A DNA stretch of 32,000 nt, taken from NCBI GenBank assembly GCA_041674405.1, contig JBAYVT010000001.1, forward strand, positions 120,001 to 152,000, read 5' to 3'. Below, one piece after another: positions 1 through 9,531 of the stretch. The stretch's first letter is position 1. Every line of letters starts with the position of its first letter. The DNA comes from Patescibacteria group bacterium. Lineage in GTDB: Bacteria > Patescibacteriota > UBA1384 > XYA2-FULL-43-10. A program made the position numbers and the translations under genes. The notes under the pieces are model-generated. The model ran no database searches. It had not been told where the DNA came from and worked only from the letters and a program-made list of their open reading frames with translations.

Positions 1-2
1 AA

Positions 3-176
3 ACTGCCAGATTGCTTCGAAAACAACACAGAAACAACCCTTCTTTAAAAATAATTGCCATAAGCGGATACGGAACAAGCGAGGATAAAAAGAAATCAAA
101 AGAAGCAGGTTGTGACGCGCACATAACCAAACCGGTTAATGCTAACAAGCTCCGTGAAATTATTGAGGCTATATAA
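3..176 (+). CDS. Response regulator receiver (CheY-like) domain, C-terminal fragment; gene begins before the window
   Basis: Manual translation of frame 3 gives ...LLRKQHRNNPSLKIIAISGYGTSEDKKKSKEAGCDAHITKPVNANKLREIIEAI*. It matches the receiver-domain beta4 (IIAISGYG), the conserved Lys-Pro switch (ITKPV) and alpha5. Stop TAA at 174-176. Absent from the ORF track because it is 5'-partial. Confidence 0.78.
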   Translation, partial: TARLLRKQHRNNPSLKIIAISGYGTSEDKKKSKEAGCDAHITKPVNANKLREIIEAI

Positions 177-205
177 ATCTTTGAGATTATTTACTAAATA
201 GTGTT

Positions 206-240
206 CTCGGGCGCGCTCTCCGGCGCGCCCGAGTGGGTTT
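206..240 (+). terminator. Strong GC-rich hairpin, probable rho-independent terminator of the response regulator gene
   Basis: Perfect 11-bp inverted repeat CTCGGGCGCGC (206-216) / GCGCGCCCGAG (223-233) with a 6-nt loop, followed by TGGGTTTT about 30 nt after the stop codon. Confidence 0.65.
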
Positions 241-377
241 TCCGGCTGCCGCTCCGGCGCCGGTTTCGGTTTGCTGGCTTATTAAGGCTTTTAAGCCGCA
301 CTTGCCTCTCGGAGAACCGCTTGCTGCTCTCCCAACCCCCAGGAACATCCCGAATGTCTGGAAATGATTGTGCTTGC

Positions 378-584
378 CTAGCTGATGACATTGCTCTCAG
401 CCTCCTCATAAGCGAAAGAGCAAAGCCCTCCATTTACGGCTACCATCCGCGCTCTCTTTATCCCAGACATCGTCAGCGCAACAAGAATGGTGCCAGCGCT
501 CTCTCGCTTGACAACCACCCTCTGCCCTTTCTTGTCCACGATCACTCCATCCTTAGCAATCAAAGTTCCATCACAAGCCATCAA
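378..584 (-). CDS. Small hypothetical protein (68 aa)
   Basis: Only an open frame with plausible composition (MMACDGTLIAKDGVIVDKKGQRVVVKRES...). No recognised family, and overlapping ORFs exist on the other strand. Confidence 0.25.
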   Translation of the reverse strand: MMACDGTLIAKDGVIVDKKGQRVVVKRESAGTILVALTMSGIKRARMVAVNGGLCSFAYEEAESNVIS

Positions 585-806
585 TCTTCCTCCCTGTTTG
601 TTCTGGATGCCAGACCTTCAATCGCTCGAAAATCTGGCACAAAAACAAAAACCGGCCAATGGGCCGGATTTCTTCAAAAAATATTTAGTTAAGCTTTTAC
701 ATTAAAAATCACGGCCCTGGTGGTCATGTGTAAAATAAAACCAAAAATTTCTTGTGATATTATTCATGCTACTTCAAATATTATCAACAAATTTAAAACA
801 AGTCAA

Positions 807-1772
807 TTATCGTCCTCTGGCTCTTAGATCTTTGTATGTCAAAGTAAGAATTGAGGAAAAAAATCCGCTGGTAATTCCGGAAATAATCAAGAACACAACA
901 AGTGCAGCACATCCAAATATTATCCAAAAAGCTATTCCCAAGAAATGTGCGACAATATACAGTAAATATCCAATTCCAACAACAAATAATCCAAGAAGAG
1001 TGGTTACGATCGCGATGGCAATCCCAAGGCCGATGCAAAACCCAAAAACGATCAAATACGACAAAACAAAGTGCTGCCAATTTTTATTAAAATACTTACG
1101 TCCAACTGCAATTGCTTTGTCAGCAGGTAAATTTTCTAAAAACAAAGCTCTCTCAACAACCGGAAATATCAAGGCTAAATAAATAGTGTAAAAAATGAAC
1201 ACAAGGCCAAATAATATTCCAAAAACTATTGCCAGTGTCTTCATTTCGTATATCAAAAGCATGATGATTGGAATCAGAAGTACCAAAAAGGGAAGAATTA
1301 TAATAAAAAACCAAATTACCGAAAGGCTTAAGCGGCGCCAGAATAATTTGTGCCCAAGCAGCCACGAATCCTTCAATCTTAGATCTTTGCCATCATCAAG
1401 CTTTGGAATCGCTCGAATCAAGGCACCCCTTGAAGCTAGCGAGATATATATTAAGGCTGCTACTAAAACAATGGCCAATATCATAATCCCGACCCAAATA
1501 TAAATACTGTCAAAAATTTGCGGTCCCATAGAATCAACCAAGGCTTTACCGGCATCCTTAACTTCCGCTCTTGCCAAGCTGGCGATAGTTCCATTGTTGG
1601 GTACCAGCTCCTTTAATCTCTGGTAATCCGGTTGAGCGTTGTTATCGAATAAATAATTAATCTGGTTTGATCCGAAAGAAAATCCACCCGAAAGCAGACC
1701 AAGAAACCAGAGATATTTGTATTTTTTTATAAGGTTAAACGAGCGCTTTATAATACTTTCGAAATTTATCAT
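807..1772 (-). CDS. Multi-pass integral membrane protein of unknown function
   Basis: 321-aa ORF with at least 5 hydrophobic segments, in register with its minus-strand neighbours. Confidence 0.8.
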   Translation of the reverse strand: MINFESIIKRSFNLIKKYKYLWFLGLLSGGFSFGSNQINYLFDNNAQPDYQRLKELVPNNGTIASLARAEVKDAGKALVDSMGPQIFDSIYIWVGIMILAIVLVAALIYISLASRGALIRAIPKLDDGKDLRLKDSWLLGHKLFWRRLSLSVIWFFIIILPFLVLLIPIIMLLIYEMKTLAIVFGILFGLVFIFYTIYLALIFPVVERALFLENLPADKAIAVGRKYFNKNWQHFVLSYLIVFGFCIGLGIAIAIVTTLLGLFVVGIGYLLYIVAHFLGIAFWIIFGCAALVVFLIISGITSGFFSSILTLTYKDLRARGR

Positions 1773-1906
1773 CTGATCTCCTGATTTTGCCTTACCGGCT
1801 CACCATTCTTTGTATTTACAAAATTAAAATACGCGAACAGGGCAAACCCGATGATGATTACCAACAAAACTGAAAGCAATATCTTTTTTGACATATATCC
1901 CTAAGA

Positions 1907-2899
1907 TTAGAAAAGATTTACAATGATGCTTTTATTTTTTAATCCTGAAAGCCAGCTGTCAAAACTTTCGTCGATAATACCAGTTTTGCTTTCCACTTTG
2001 AGAATATGCCAGCCAAAGGATGTTCTGAACGGTTCTGAAACAACTCCGATCGGCTGGGTGAAAGCAACATCTTCAAACTCCGTGACCATATCTCCTCGTG
2101 CAAATGGATCCAAAAGCCCACCGTTAGTATTGCTGCCTACATCTTCTGAATATTTCGTCGCCGCTTCAGCAAAATCCAAGCCTCCGGCAATTTGTTTTAC
2201 AACATCGTCGACTTTTGCTTTTGCGGCATCTATTTGCTCCTGTGTTGCATTCTCGTCAACTCGTATCAAAATATGGCGGACAGTTACCCGTTCGATCATA
2301 TCATTGTTAAATTTATCACGTAGAAGCTGCGATCTGATGAGTTTTTTGAACTGAGCTACATCAAGGCCGTAAAGATCATTTAATACTTTTTCTACCGATT
2401 CGTTACCCCCATTTTGGTCTACAATGCTTTGGTAAGCATCATTTACATCTTTGTTTGAGACCGATAATTTATACTTAATTGCTTCATCCGCAATAATATT
2501 ATTTTCTGATAGCTGTGATAATATTTGCAGGGATAGTGCAGAATTATCGATGTTTTGTTCTCCTGTCGATGTGTAGAAATGAGTAATATAATTTTTTTCC
2601 TCAAAATACGAACTCGCTGTTACTACGCCATGAGACGAAAAGACAACCGGCATTGGAATAAATTTAACCGCATCTTGAACGAACTTTGTTTCGGACTTAA
2701 ATCCATAAAGCATAATTCCTAAAACCAATTCTGCTATGGCGACAACCAATACAACTGCGACTATTACGAAATTTACAACGCTTCGGATTTTGGGCGCATG
2801 CTTATACGTATGAATCGGCTTCATATTTGCCGCCCCATCCTTTATTTTCGATGCAAACTCTTTCGTTTTTTCATGAATCCGTAAAATTTTTTCTTTCAT
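1907..2899 (-). CDS. Membrane-anchored PpiC/SurA/PrsA-type peptidyl-prolyl isomerase (foldase)
   Basis: N-terminal TM segment, SurA_N-like region (NNIIADEAIKYKLSVSNKDVNDAYQ), then rotamase motif VRHILIRVDENA...LDFAEAATKYSEDVGSNTNGGLLDPFARGDMVTEFEDVAFTQPIGVVSEPFRTSFGWHILKV. Confidence 0.9.
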   Translation of the reverse strand: MKEKILRIHEKTKEFASKIKDGAANMKPIHTYKHAPKIRSVVNFVIVAVVLVVAIAELVLGIMLYGFKSETKFVQDAVKFIPMPVVFSSHGVVTASSYFEEKNYITHFYTSTGEQNIDNSALSLQILSQLSENNIIADEAIKYKLSVSNKDVNDAYQSIVDQNGGNESVEKVLNDLYGLDVAQFKKLIRSQLLRDKFNNDMIERVTVRHILIRVDENATQEQIDAAKAKVDDVVKQIAGGLDFAEAATKYSEDVGSNTNGGLLDPFARGDMVTEFEDVAFTQPIGVVSEPFRTSFGWHILKVESKTGIIDESFDSWLSGLKNKSIIVNLF

Positions 2900-2947
2900 A
2901 TGTCTCCTTATAAAGAAATTTTATACCTATTTGCACGCAAATTCAAA

Positions 2948-3511
2948 TTAGCTGCCCCATGACGAAGTTAGAAGAAGGACAGCGATCATCATCCAGAACA
3001 AGGTTACGTAGGTTGAAAATGAATTCGTTTTTTTATCCGGAATGATTGTAAAACAAAAACCGGATAAAAGATAAGCCGCGAGGGCAATTATCAAGCTTCT
3101 ATTGAGCGGGTTGATTAAAAAATAACTTAATATTAAAAAAAGCTCCAGTATAAGCAGGGAAAATAGCAAAAGATAAACCAGTCTTTTTCGCCCGAGAATT
3201 CCCAATTTTTGTTCCAAGTATGTAAATAAAAATCCATAAATCAAGACCGAAGCAAGCATAATAATCCATAGCGGCAAATTAAAATAGAATAAAAATCCGT
3301 ATAGAGCAAAGGCAGAGACAAACGATAAGAATATTAAAACTAAGTTTGTGCTTTTTTCTGCCCACACTAAATATAGGATTGGCAATGAGATAACCGAGAC
3401 AAGAATATTTATAGAAAAAATATCATTTAAAAACCAAAAAGCTATAGTAGCCCACAACAATATCAGAGTAAGAATAATTCTCCGGAGAAGTTTGCTTTTT
3501 AAAAATGCCAT
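2948..3511 (-). CDS. Multi-pass membrane protein of unknown function
   Basis: 187-aa highly hydrophobic ORF with no recognised family signature. Confidence 0.7.
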   Translation of the reverse strand: MAFLKSKLLRRIILTLILLWATIAFWFLNDIFSINILVSVISLPILYLVWAEKSTNLVLIFLSFVSAFALYGFLFYFNLPLWIIMLASVLIYGFLFTYLEQKLGILGRKRLVYLLLFSLLILELFLILSYFLINPLNRSLIIALAAYLLSGFCFTIIPDKKTNSFSTYVTLFWMMIAVLLLTSSWGS

Positions 3512-3647
3512 AAATTTTGGTCTAAAATCCTATTTTCTAAATCCTAAACAATTATAAATGTTCAAAATCCAAAATATCAAATAATTTCCGTTTTTGATAT
3601 TTTAAAATTGGAATTTTTGAATTTATTTAGAATTAAGAGTTTCTGAT

Positions 3648-5006
3648 TCAAGGATTTTTATTAAATCCTTGGTAGTTGTCACCAATGATAACATCTATAT
3701 CAACATTATTTCCCGGCGATGTTTTTTGGACCACTTCACAGCTAAGTCTGTTTTTCAAAAATTGTAAAGTGATTTTCTTTGCCCCGTTTGTATAATCATA
3801 TATTATCGTCTTCGGATATTTACTTTTGGCCGTGTCGACATTTATGACATTATAGCTATAGCTTTTAAGAACTTCTGAGAGTTGGCTCCCAAGACCGGCT
3901 TTGTTTGATCCATTTAGCACTTCTATTTTTGCATTTTCTTTAGTCAAGTTGGGATCAGTAAATATTTCATGAGCGATCATCTGAATTTGTTCCCAGTTTC
4001 CGGTTTTTGGTTTTAGTATGTATGCCCCATTGGCAGTGCTATCGACAAGCTCACCATCGGATCCATTAGTCAAAACCTTGGAAATTATCTTCGATGTATC
4101 TACATCTTTTATCAATTTTGCCATTGCATATAATTCATTTGGGGTAAAATCGGTTCTAACATGGTCGCCAACAACATTTACCAAATCAACAAGCTTTTTC
4201 GGATTAGCAAGGAAGCCCAAATTGAAAATCTTATCTTTAACTGCGGCAATTACTTTTTGTTGCCGGAGCGCGCGGTCGAAATCAGATGTAGTCTCTCTTG
4301 ACCTTGCATATTTTAATGCGGTCGTGCCGTCCAGATGGTGCTGGCCAGCTTTGATATTGAACGGAGAATACGATTTCATATCGTCAGCAGGAAAAAAAGG
4401 ATCGTAAAGATTTTTGTCGACATTTACATCGATTCCACCAATTTGATCAACTAGTTTTTTGAATCCATAAAAATCAAGCGAAACGTAATAATGTATTGGT
4501 AGATCAAGTATATTGCCAACCGTTTCTTTAACCAGTGCGGCGCCACTGCCTTGCTTTTGCTTTTCGCCAACGGTATAAATTTCATTAATTTTTACATTGT
4601 AATTCTTCTTTCCAGGAACCGGAACGTATAAATCGCGCGGTACCGAAAGCATGGCAACGGTTTTATTATCTGGATTGATCGACACAACCATCATTGAGTC
4701 TGTAAGTTCCCCACCAGGATGGCCAGAGCCGCCTTTTCCCATCACAAGAATATTTATCCTTCCATCCCCCTCTCCCTTCAACTCATAATTACTCCCCTTG
4801 GCAAAAAACGGAGAGCCGGTAAGATTATTGGGATCAAAGATTTTTTTACCCGATGCTATCAAATACGAAAGATATGATCCTGAAACGATAAGAATTGCAA
4901 GAACAATCAAGAAAGTAATTTTCCAGCCTTTTTTCTGATAAAAGTATTTAGGCCCAACTGTATGAAAGTTTTTGTCGTCTCTTTTAGCTTTTCTTCGTAG
5001 GAACAT
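3648..5006 (-). CDS. LytR-CpsA-Psr (LCP) family protein with C-terminal LytR_C-like domain
   Basis: N-terminal TM, INILVMGKGGSGHPGGELTDSMMVVSINPDNKTVAMLSVPRDLYVPVPG..., ALKYARSRETTSDFDRALRQQKVI, and C-terminal IEVLNGSNKAGLGSQLSEVLKSYSYNVINVDTAKSKYPKTIIYDY. Confidence 0.95.
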   Translation of the reverse strand: MFLRRKAKRDDKNFHTVGPKYFYQKKGWKITFLIVLAILIVSGSYLSYLIASGKKIFDPNNLTGSPFFAKGSNYELKGEGDGRINILVMGKGGSGHPGGELTDSMMVVSINPDNKTVAMLSVPRDLYVPVPGKKNYNVKINEIYTVGEKQKQGSGAALVKETVGNILDLPIHYYVSLDFYGFKKLVDQIGGIDVNVDKNLYDPFFPADDMKSYSPFNIKAGQHHLDGTTALKYARSRETTSDFDRALRQQKVIAAVKDKIFNLGFLANPKKLVDLVNVVGDHVRTDFTPNELYAMAKLIKDVDTSKIISKVLTNGSDGELVDSTANGAYILKPKTGNWEQIQMIAHEIFTDPNLTKENAKIEVLNGSNKAGLGSQLSEVLKSYSYNVINVDTAKSKYPKTIIYDYTNGAKKITLQFLKNRLSCEVVQKTSPGNNVDIDVIIGDNYQGFNKNP

Positions 5007-5054
5007 AAAAAAATCCGATTAAGGTAATAAGTTAATTTTACCAGAAATTGTTTA

Positions 5055-5462
5055 TTAAGTTCTAGTGCTTTGGGTAATTTTCGGAGGATACTTATACTTC
5101 GGCAATACCGGACAATCAAATATTGATCCCTTTATCTGTGAAAACGCTGAAATAATTTCTTTCTTTCCACCCGGTGATTCGACCCCGACAATTGGTATGT
5201 TTAGGGCAAAGGCCATGGAGTTAAGAGTGGCAAGCCCTATTCTAAGCCCAGTATATGAACCTGGGCCAGGAACCGCCATAATAATTTCAATATCTTGTTT
5301 GCTAATCGCGTGTTTTTTTAACAATTTATCAATCGAAAATATTAAAAGCTCAGATTGCATCCCCTTGCTTTCAAACTTAATTTCGTCGATTTTGACAAAA
5401 TCTTTCTTGCAAAACAATGCAATGATGGTTTGGTCAGAGGTTGTATCAGTAAATAGGATCAT
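5055..5462 (-). CDS. tsaB: tRNA N6-adenosine threonylcarbamoyltransferase accessory protein TsaB, short form (135 aa)
   Basis: MILFTDTTSDQTIIALF..., GPGSYTGLRIGLATLNSMAFALNIPIVGVES is the diagnostic TsaB motif. The C-terminal half of typical TsaB is missing. Confidence 0.87.
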   Translation of the reverse strand: MILFTDTTSDQTIIALFCKKDFVKIDEIKFESKGMQSELLIFSIDKLLKKHAISKQDIEIIMAVPGPGSYTGLRIGLATLNSMAFALNIPIVGVESPGGKKEIISAFSQIKGSIFDCPVLPKYKYPPKITQSTRT

Positions 5463-5465
5463 GGT

Positions 5466-5882
5466 TTAATCGTTAATAATAATTTTGCGTTCATTTTCTG
5501 AAATATATTCAAATGAAACTTTTTTTGAATTTTTAGGTAAAATTTCTTCAATATTTTCAGGCCACTCAATTACAATAATCTCATCGTTTTTTGCTAAATC
5601 TTCCAAAAGACCTATCGATTCCGCATCTTCTTTTGAACCGATGCGATAGCAATCAAAATGAACTAAACTCCCTGATTCCATCGGATATTTTTTACAAAAA
5701 ACAAAGGTTGGGCTTGTAATTTCCTCCTTGATTCCAAGGGCCTGCGCCAAACCTTTAGTAAAGGTTGTTTTGCCTGAACCAAGATCGCCAAAAAGCAGGG
5801 CGACATCGCCAGGCTTTAAGCTTTTTCCAAATTGATAACCAGCTCTTCTTGTTTCATCGGCTGATTTTGCTGCAATCTCCAT
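5466..5882 (-). CDS. tsaE: tRNA threonylcarbamoyladenosine biosynthesis ATPase TsaE
   Basis: SADETRRAGYQFGKSLKPGDVALLFGDLGSGKTTFTKGLAQALGIKEEITSPTFVFCKKYP...LVHFDCYRI; Walker A GDLGSGKTT. Adjacent to tsaB. Confidence 0.95.
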   Translation of the reverse strand: MEIAAKSADETRRAGYQFGKSLKPGDVALLFGDLGSGKTTFTKGLAQALGIKEEITSPTFVFCKKYPMESGSLVHFDCYRIGSKEDAESIGLLEDLAKNDEIIVIEWPENIEEILPKNSKKVSFEYISENERKIIIND

Positions 5883-7429
5883 TTTTGACTAAGCTCCAGA
5901 TAATTAATCGGCTGGTCATATCCCGAAGTTGGCAATCTTCCTGAAGTCAAAATTTTAACACCATCCTTAAAAAAAGGCAATATTCTATACTCATTTTTAT
6001 ATTGCGATACAATTCCGGAAATTCGAACTTTGTCACCTTTTTTCATCTTAGGTTTCTTAATTCCGGTCGACTTTCTAATCAATACCTTTAATTCTGCCCC
6101 ATCAGAAATAATAAATGTGCTGCCAGATGTTTGCACAACAATCCCCTCCGTTGTAATTATTTTACCTTCAAATTTTTCTCCCACATCGGCAATATTTATA
6201 AATTGCGGAGTCACTGGTGAGAGCGCGTAATCGATTATAATGATATCGGCTGGGTTAGAAATTTTAATTCTTCTTTCTGAGCTTGTTTCCAAGAGAACAC
6301 CAACTACTGAAACCCTCAAGCCACTTTGTAAATTTGGAAACGATTTATCGCTTGAATAAACCTGGATACCGGCAGTATCATCTTCTATATAAAACGAATT
6401 AGAAGAAAGTACACCCGGCGACGCAGTAACAACACCGGAAATTGTAACCTTATCTTCGTTCTCCATTTTTCTGGCCTCGGATATCGGAATAATCTCCTGG
6501 GCGATGTTTAAAAATGAAAATCCAATATTTTCTCGTCCTGGCGTAACATTATTTGTCCAGTCAAATATTCCGGAAATTTTTGAAAAACTTTGGCCAATTT
6601 TCGCTTTTAAATAATCTACATTTGATTTGATCGTATTATCGGGATCTAGAAGTAAGACTCTGTCACTATCATCGTTTAAAGATATACCCGTAGTAAAATT
6701 ATAGAATGCTAAATATTGCGTTGGCAGAAGGATTGTTCCTGGGGGAATTTTAAATTTTTTTACTGATCCAAGGGTGTCTTCAAGGCTCCAGCCGCCGATA
6801 TCTACAGGATCGCTACAATAATTGTAAATCTCAATAAATTCATTCTTGGCTCCATTCTCGGGGTGTGGTAAAATTTCTGAAATTTCCACACAATCAGGGG
6901 AAGGAGTCGGTTCGACCAATAAATTTTCACCACCTTTTGTTAAGGGGATTATTCTAAAGTCTGAAAAATCTAAATCAGAATCGTAGCCGTTTGGAATCCT
7001 TCCAATCGATTCTCCCTTCGCTGGAACCGGTGCATTATTCGAAAGTGGTCCGAAGGTTACGCGATCAATTTCCAAATCTTTATTTTTCAAAACCAAGGTC
7101 GAACCGCTATTTGCTAGCCAATTTGTGCCAAGATTACAAACATAATAATTACCGGAAACAGGACACATTGTTTCCGTAAGCTGTTTTTCATATTTGCTTC
7201 CGCTATTGGTAATTTTAACAAGGAAGTAGTCAGATAAATTTATCGGAAGATTAATTGGATTAAAAATTTCTGCCCATTCAGTATCCGCACCATCTGAAAT
7301 TTGATTTGGATAAACTTCATTGATAATCAGATGCTCCTCGGCTTTTGCATTGCTTGGTAACATAAAAATAACACAGACAATAAACATGAAAGTGCCCATG
7401 ACGAATTGAAACAACACCCCTCTTCTCAT
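5816..7429 (-). CDS. Secreted protein with two lamin-tail domain (LTD)-like repeats and C-terminal OB-fold-like domains
   Basis: N-terminal signal sequence. LIINEVYPNQISDGADTEWAEIFNP... and CVEISEILPHPENGAKNEFIEIYNYCSDPVDIGGWSLEDTLG are LTD motifs. KVTISGVVTASPGVLSSNSFYIEDDTAGIQVY and GEKFEGKIITTEGIVVQTSGSTFIISDGAELKVLI are OB-fold-like repeats. Confidence 0.85.
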   Translation of the reverse strand: MRRGVLFQFVMGTFMFIVCVIFMLPSNAKAEEHLIINEVYPNQISDGADTEWAEIFNPINLPINLSDYFLVKITNSGSKYEKQLTETMCPVSGNYYVCNLGTNWLANSGSTLVLKNKDLEIDRVTFGPLSNNAPVPAKGESIGRIPNGYDSDLDFSDFRIIPLTKGGENLLVEPTPSPDCVEISEILPHPENGAKNEFIEIYNYCSDPVDIGGWSLEDTLGSVKKFKIPPGTILLPTQYLAFYNFTTGISLNDDSDRVLLLDPDNTIKSNVDYLKAKIGQSFSKISGIFDWTNNVTPGRENIGFSFLNIAQEIIPISEARKMENEDKVTISGVVTASPGVLSSNSFYIEDDTAGIQVYSSDKSFPNLQSGLRVSVVGVLLETSSERRIKISNPADIIIIDYALSPVTPQFINIADVGEKFEGKIITTEGIVVQTSGSTFIISDGAELKVLIRKSTGIKKPKMKKGDKVRISGIVSQYKNEYRILPFFKDGVKILTSGRLPTSGYDQPINYLELSQKWRLQQNQPMKQEELVINLEKA

Positions 7430-7432
7430 CGG

Positions 7433-8404
7433 TTATATCCCCTTATAAAAAATCTCATTATTGCGAATAAACGATTGCATCAATCGTTTTAGAAAAGGAT
7501 CAGAGATTTGGCTCTTGTATTTATTGATTGCAGACTCCTTGGAATCGATTTGCCCGCGCGTAAGGTTAAATTTATACCAAATTCTCGCACCAGAGGTAAG
7601 CCTTACTGGTGGTGTAATTGATTTATCCTTATGTAGACCCGAATCACTGGGAAAATTTCTGTAGTGGACAAGGTAGCTAAAATATGCCGCATTCGATCCT
7701 GTCTCTCCCACCCCTTTCATAACAAATTCCCCCGTTGCCCGATGGTCGGAATGCCGATCATAAATACTGGTCGCAAGAACAATTGTTGGTTTATAATTTT
7801 CGATAATATCTTTAATATTTTTATCAAGGTTTTTGCCGGTATACGATACATTTGGTAAATAAGAATTATTATAAGGGGTCGAGCTGGTGTGGGTATATGG
7901 TGACTCATAGGGCCTAGACCAGTTTTTCACAAACAAACTGTAGATACCGCGGTCAGGATAACCCAAAAAAATTATATTATCGTTGTGTACACCGAGGACC
8001 GACAGAGCGTTTTTGCTTTCATCCTGACGCTTATAACCCGATGAAATATAATCAGATGCGCTGGGATATAATTTTCTAAATTCTTCAGCAGTCGTGAAAT
8101 GATGGCCATCACCATTGGTTATAAAAACGACAATAACTTTTGCCCCATTTTGTACTGCTTGAGCAATATATCCTCCGGTACCCAAAATCTCATCATCATT
8201 GTGCGGAGCAAAGATGAGGATTGTATCATTCTCTCTCGGGTCCGGCATGTTTGGCATAAAATTAAGAGATGCACTAGGGGCTGAAGCATAACTGCGCAGA
8301 AAAATTATATTGCCAATAAAAATCAAAACAAGAGCCGCAAGAACCCAGAACCACCTGGCCTTATAAATTCTTTTGAAATCTTTTTGGTTTTTTACCTTAA
8401 ACAT
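7433..8404 (-). CDS. Membrane-anchored PIG-L/LmbE-family deacetylase
   Basis: N-terminal TM, then metal-binding motif IFAPHNDDEILGTGG...VVFITNGDG and downstream TIVLATSIYDRHSDHRATGEFV. Confidence 0.92.
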   Translation of the reverse strand: MFKVKNQKDFKRIYKARWFWVLAALVLIFIGNIIFLRSYASAPSASLNFMPNMPDPRENDTILIFAPHNDDEILGTGGYIAQAVQNGAKVIVVFITNGDGHHFTTAEEFRKLYPSASDYISSGYKRQDESKNALSVLGVHNDNIIFLGYPDRGIYSLFVKNWSRPYESPYTHTSSTPYNNSYLPNVSYTGKNLDKNIKDIIENYKPTIVLATSIYDRHSDHRATGEFVMKGVGETGSNAAYFSYLVHYRNFPSDSGLHKDKSITPPVRLTSGARIWYKFNLTRGQIDSKESAINKYKSQISDPFLKRLMQSFIRNNEIFYKGI

Positions 8405-8406
8405 AT

Positions 8407-9462
8407 TTAAATTATTAACATTGCATCACCATAAGAATAAAAACGATATTTTGAATTGATAGCAAATTCATACGATTTCTTTATATTTTTTTCTCCAGCA
8501 AAAGCCGACACGAGCATAAGTAGGGTTGACTTTGGTAAATGAAAATTGGTCACCAATGCATCAATACTTTTAAATTTATAGCCTGGATAAATAAAAATGT
8601 CGGTCCAACCGGAAATTGCTTCGCTTTGGCCTTTTACTTCGTGCTTTTCGCTGTTAATTTCAATTTGGCCGAACGCTGTTTCAAGCACTCGAGCCGTAGT
8701 CGTGCCCACTGCAATAATCCTGCCACCATTATTTTTTGTCTGTAGAATTTTTGAGATCAGTTTTTTACTAATCTCAAAATATTCGCTATGCATTTTGTGG
8801 TCTTTAATGTCATCAACTTTCACCGGTGCAAAAGTCCCCAGCCCAACATGAAGCAAAACAAATTCAACATCGACACCCTGTCCTTTGATCTGTTCGAGAA
8901 GTTCTTTTGTAAAATGTAGCCCGGCGGTTGGAGCTGCCACACTGCCTTTGCGTTTGGCAAATATTGTTTGGTAGTTGTCTCTATCGGGGGCCTCGCTTTT
9001 ACCTTTTCGAATATATGGCGGAATTGGAATAAGGCCAATTTTTTCTATTTCAGAGATAAACCGGTCTCCGCCCAAATTAAACCTCACGATATACATGTCA
9101 TTCTTTTTTTCTTGTACAATTGCTTCCAATTTGGAGCTTTCAAAAACTACGCGTTTTCCAGATTTTAGCCTTTTACCTAGTATCTCCCATTCAAAATTAT
9201 TAATTTGCTTATGTAGAAAAATTTCCACACTTCCGTGAGTCAAATAATTTTTACCGAGAAGCCTAGCCGGAATTACTTTAGTATTGTTCAAGACCAACAA
9301 ATCACCAGGTTTGAAAAATTTTGTAATATTTTTGAAAATATCAGATTGTATCTCGCCAGATTCCTTGTCCAGAACTAAAAGACGCGAGTGGTCCCGCGGC
9401 TCTGCCGGAGATTGTGCAATCAACTCCGAAGGCAACTCATAATCAAAGTCTGATAATTTCAT
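8407..9462 (-). CDS. queA: S-adenosylmethionine:tRNA ribosyltransferase-isomerase
   Basis: MKLSDFDYELPSELIAQSPAEPRDHSRLLVLDK, KGSVAAPTAGLHFT, VLLHVGLGTFAPVK, GTTTARVLE, NFHLPKSTLLMLVSAFAG. Confidence 0.97.
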   Translation of the reverse strand: MKLSDFDYELPSELIAQSPAEPRDHSRLLVLDKESGEIQSDIFKNITKFFKPGDLLVLNNTKVIPARLLGKNYLTHGSVEIFLHKQINNFEWEILGKRLKSGKRVVFESSKLEAIVQEKKNDMYIVRFNLGGDRFISEIEKIGLIPIPPYIRKGKSEAPDRDNYQTIFAKRKGSVAAPTAGLHFTKELLEQIKGQGVDVEFVLLHVGLGTFAPVKVDDIKDHKMHSEYFEISKKLISKILQTKNNGGRIIAVGTTTARVLETAFGQIEINSEKHEVKGQSEAISGWTDIFIYPGYKFKSIDALVTNFHLPKSTLLMLVSAFAGEKNIKKSYEFAINSKYRFYSYGDAMLII

Positions 9463-9531
9463 ATTTTTAACTTAAATGTAATTACTAACACTCACTGGTT
9501 TTAAGTTTTCAGTTATTAGATATTAATTAAA

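Noticed and set aside
201-692. Plus-strand 163-aa ORF starting at the GC hairpin
   Set aside because: It starts within the terminator-like inverted repeat, has unusual composition and no recognised motif. I could not support it as coding.
754-1182. Plus-strand ORF of 142 aa antisense to the first membrane protein
   Set aside because: It lies inside the 807-1772 minus-strand membrane-protein gene and has no family signature. Typical shadow ORF; the same applies to most plus-strand entries before 19.9 kb.
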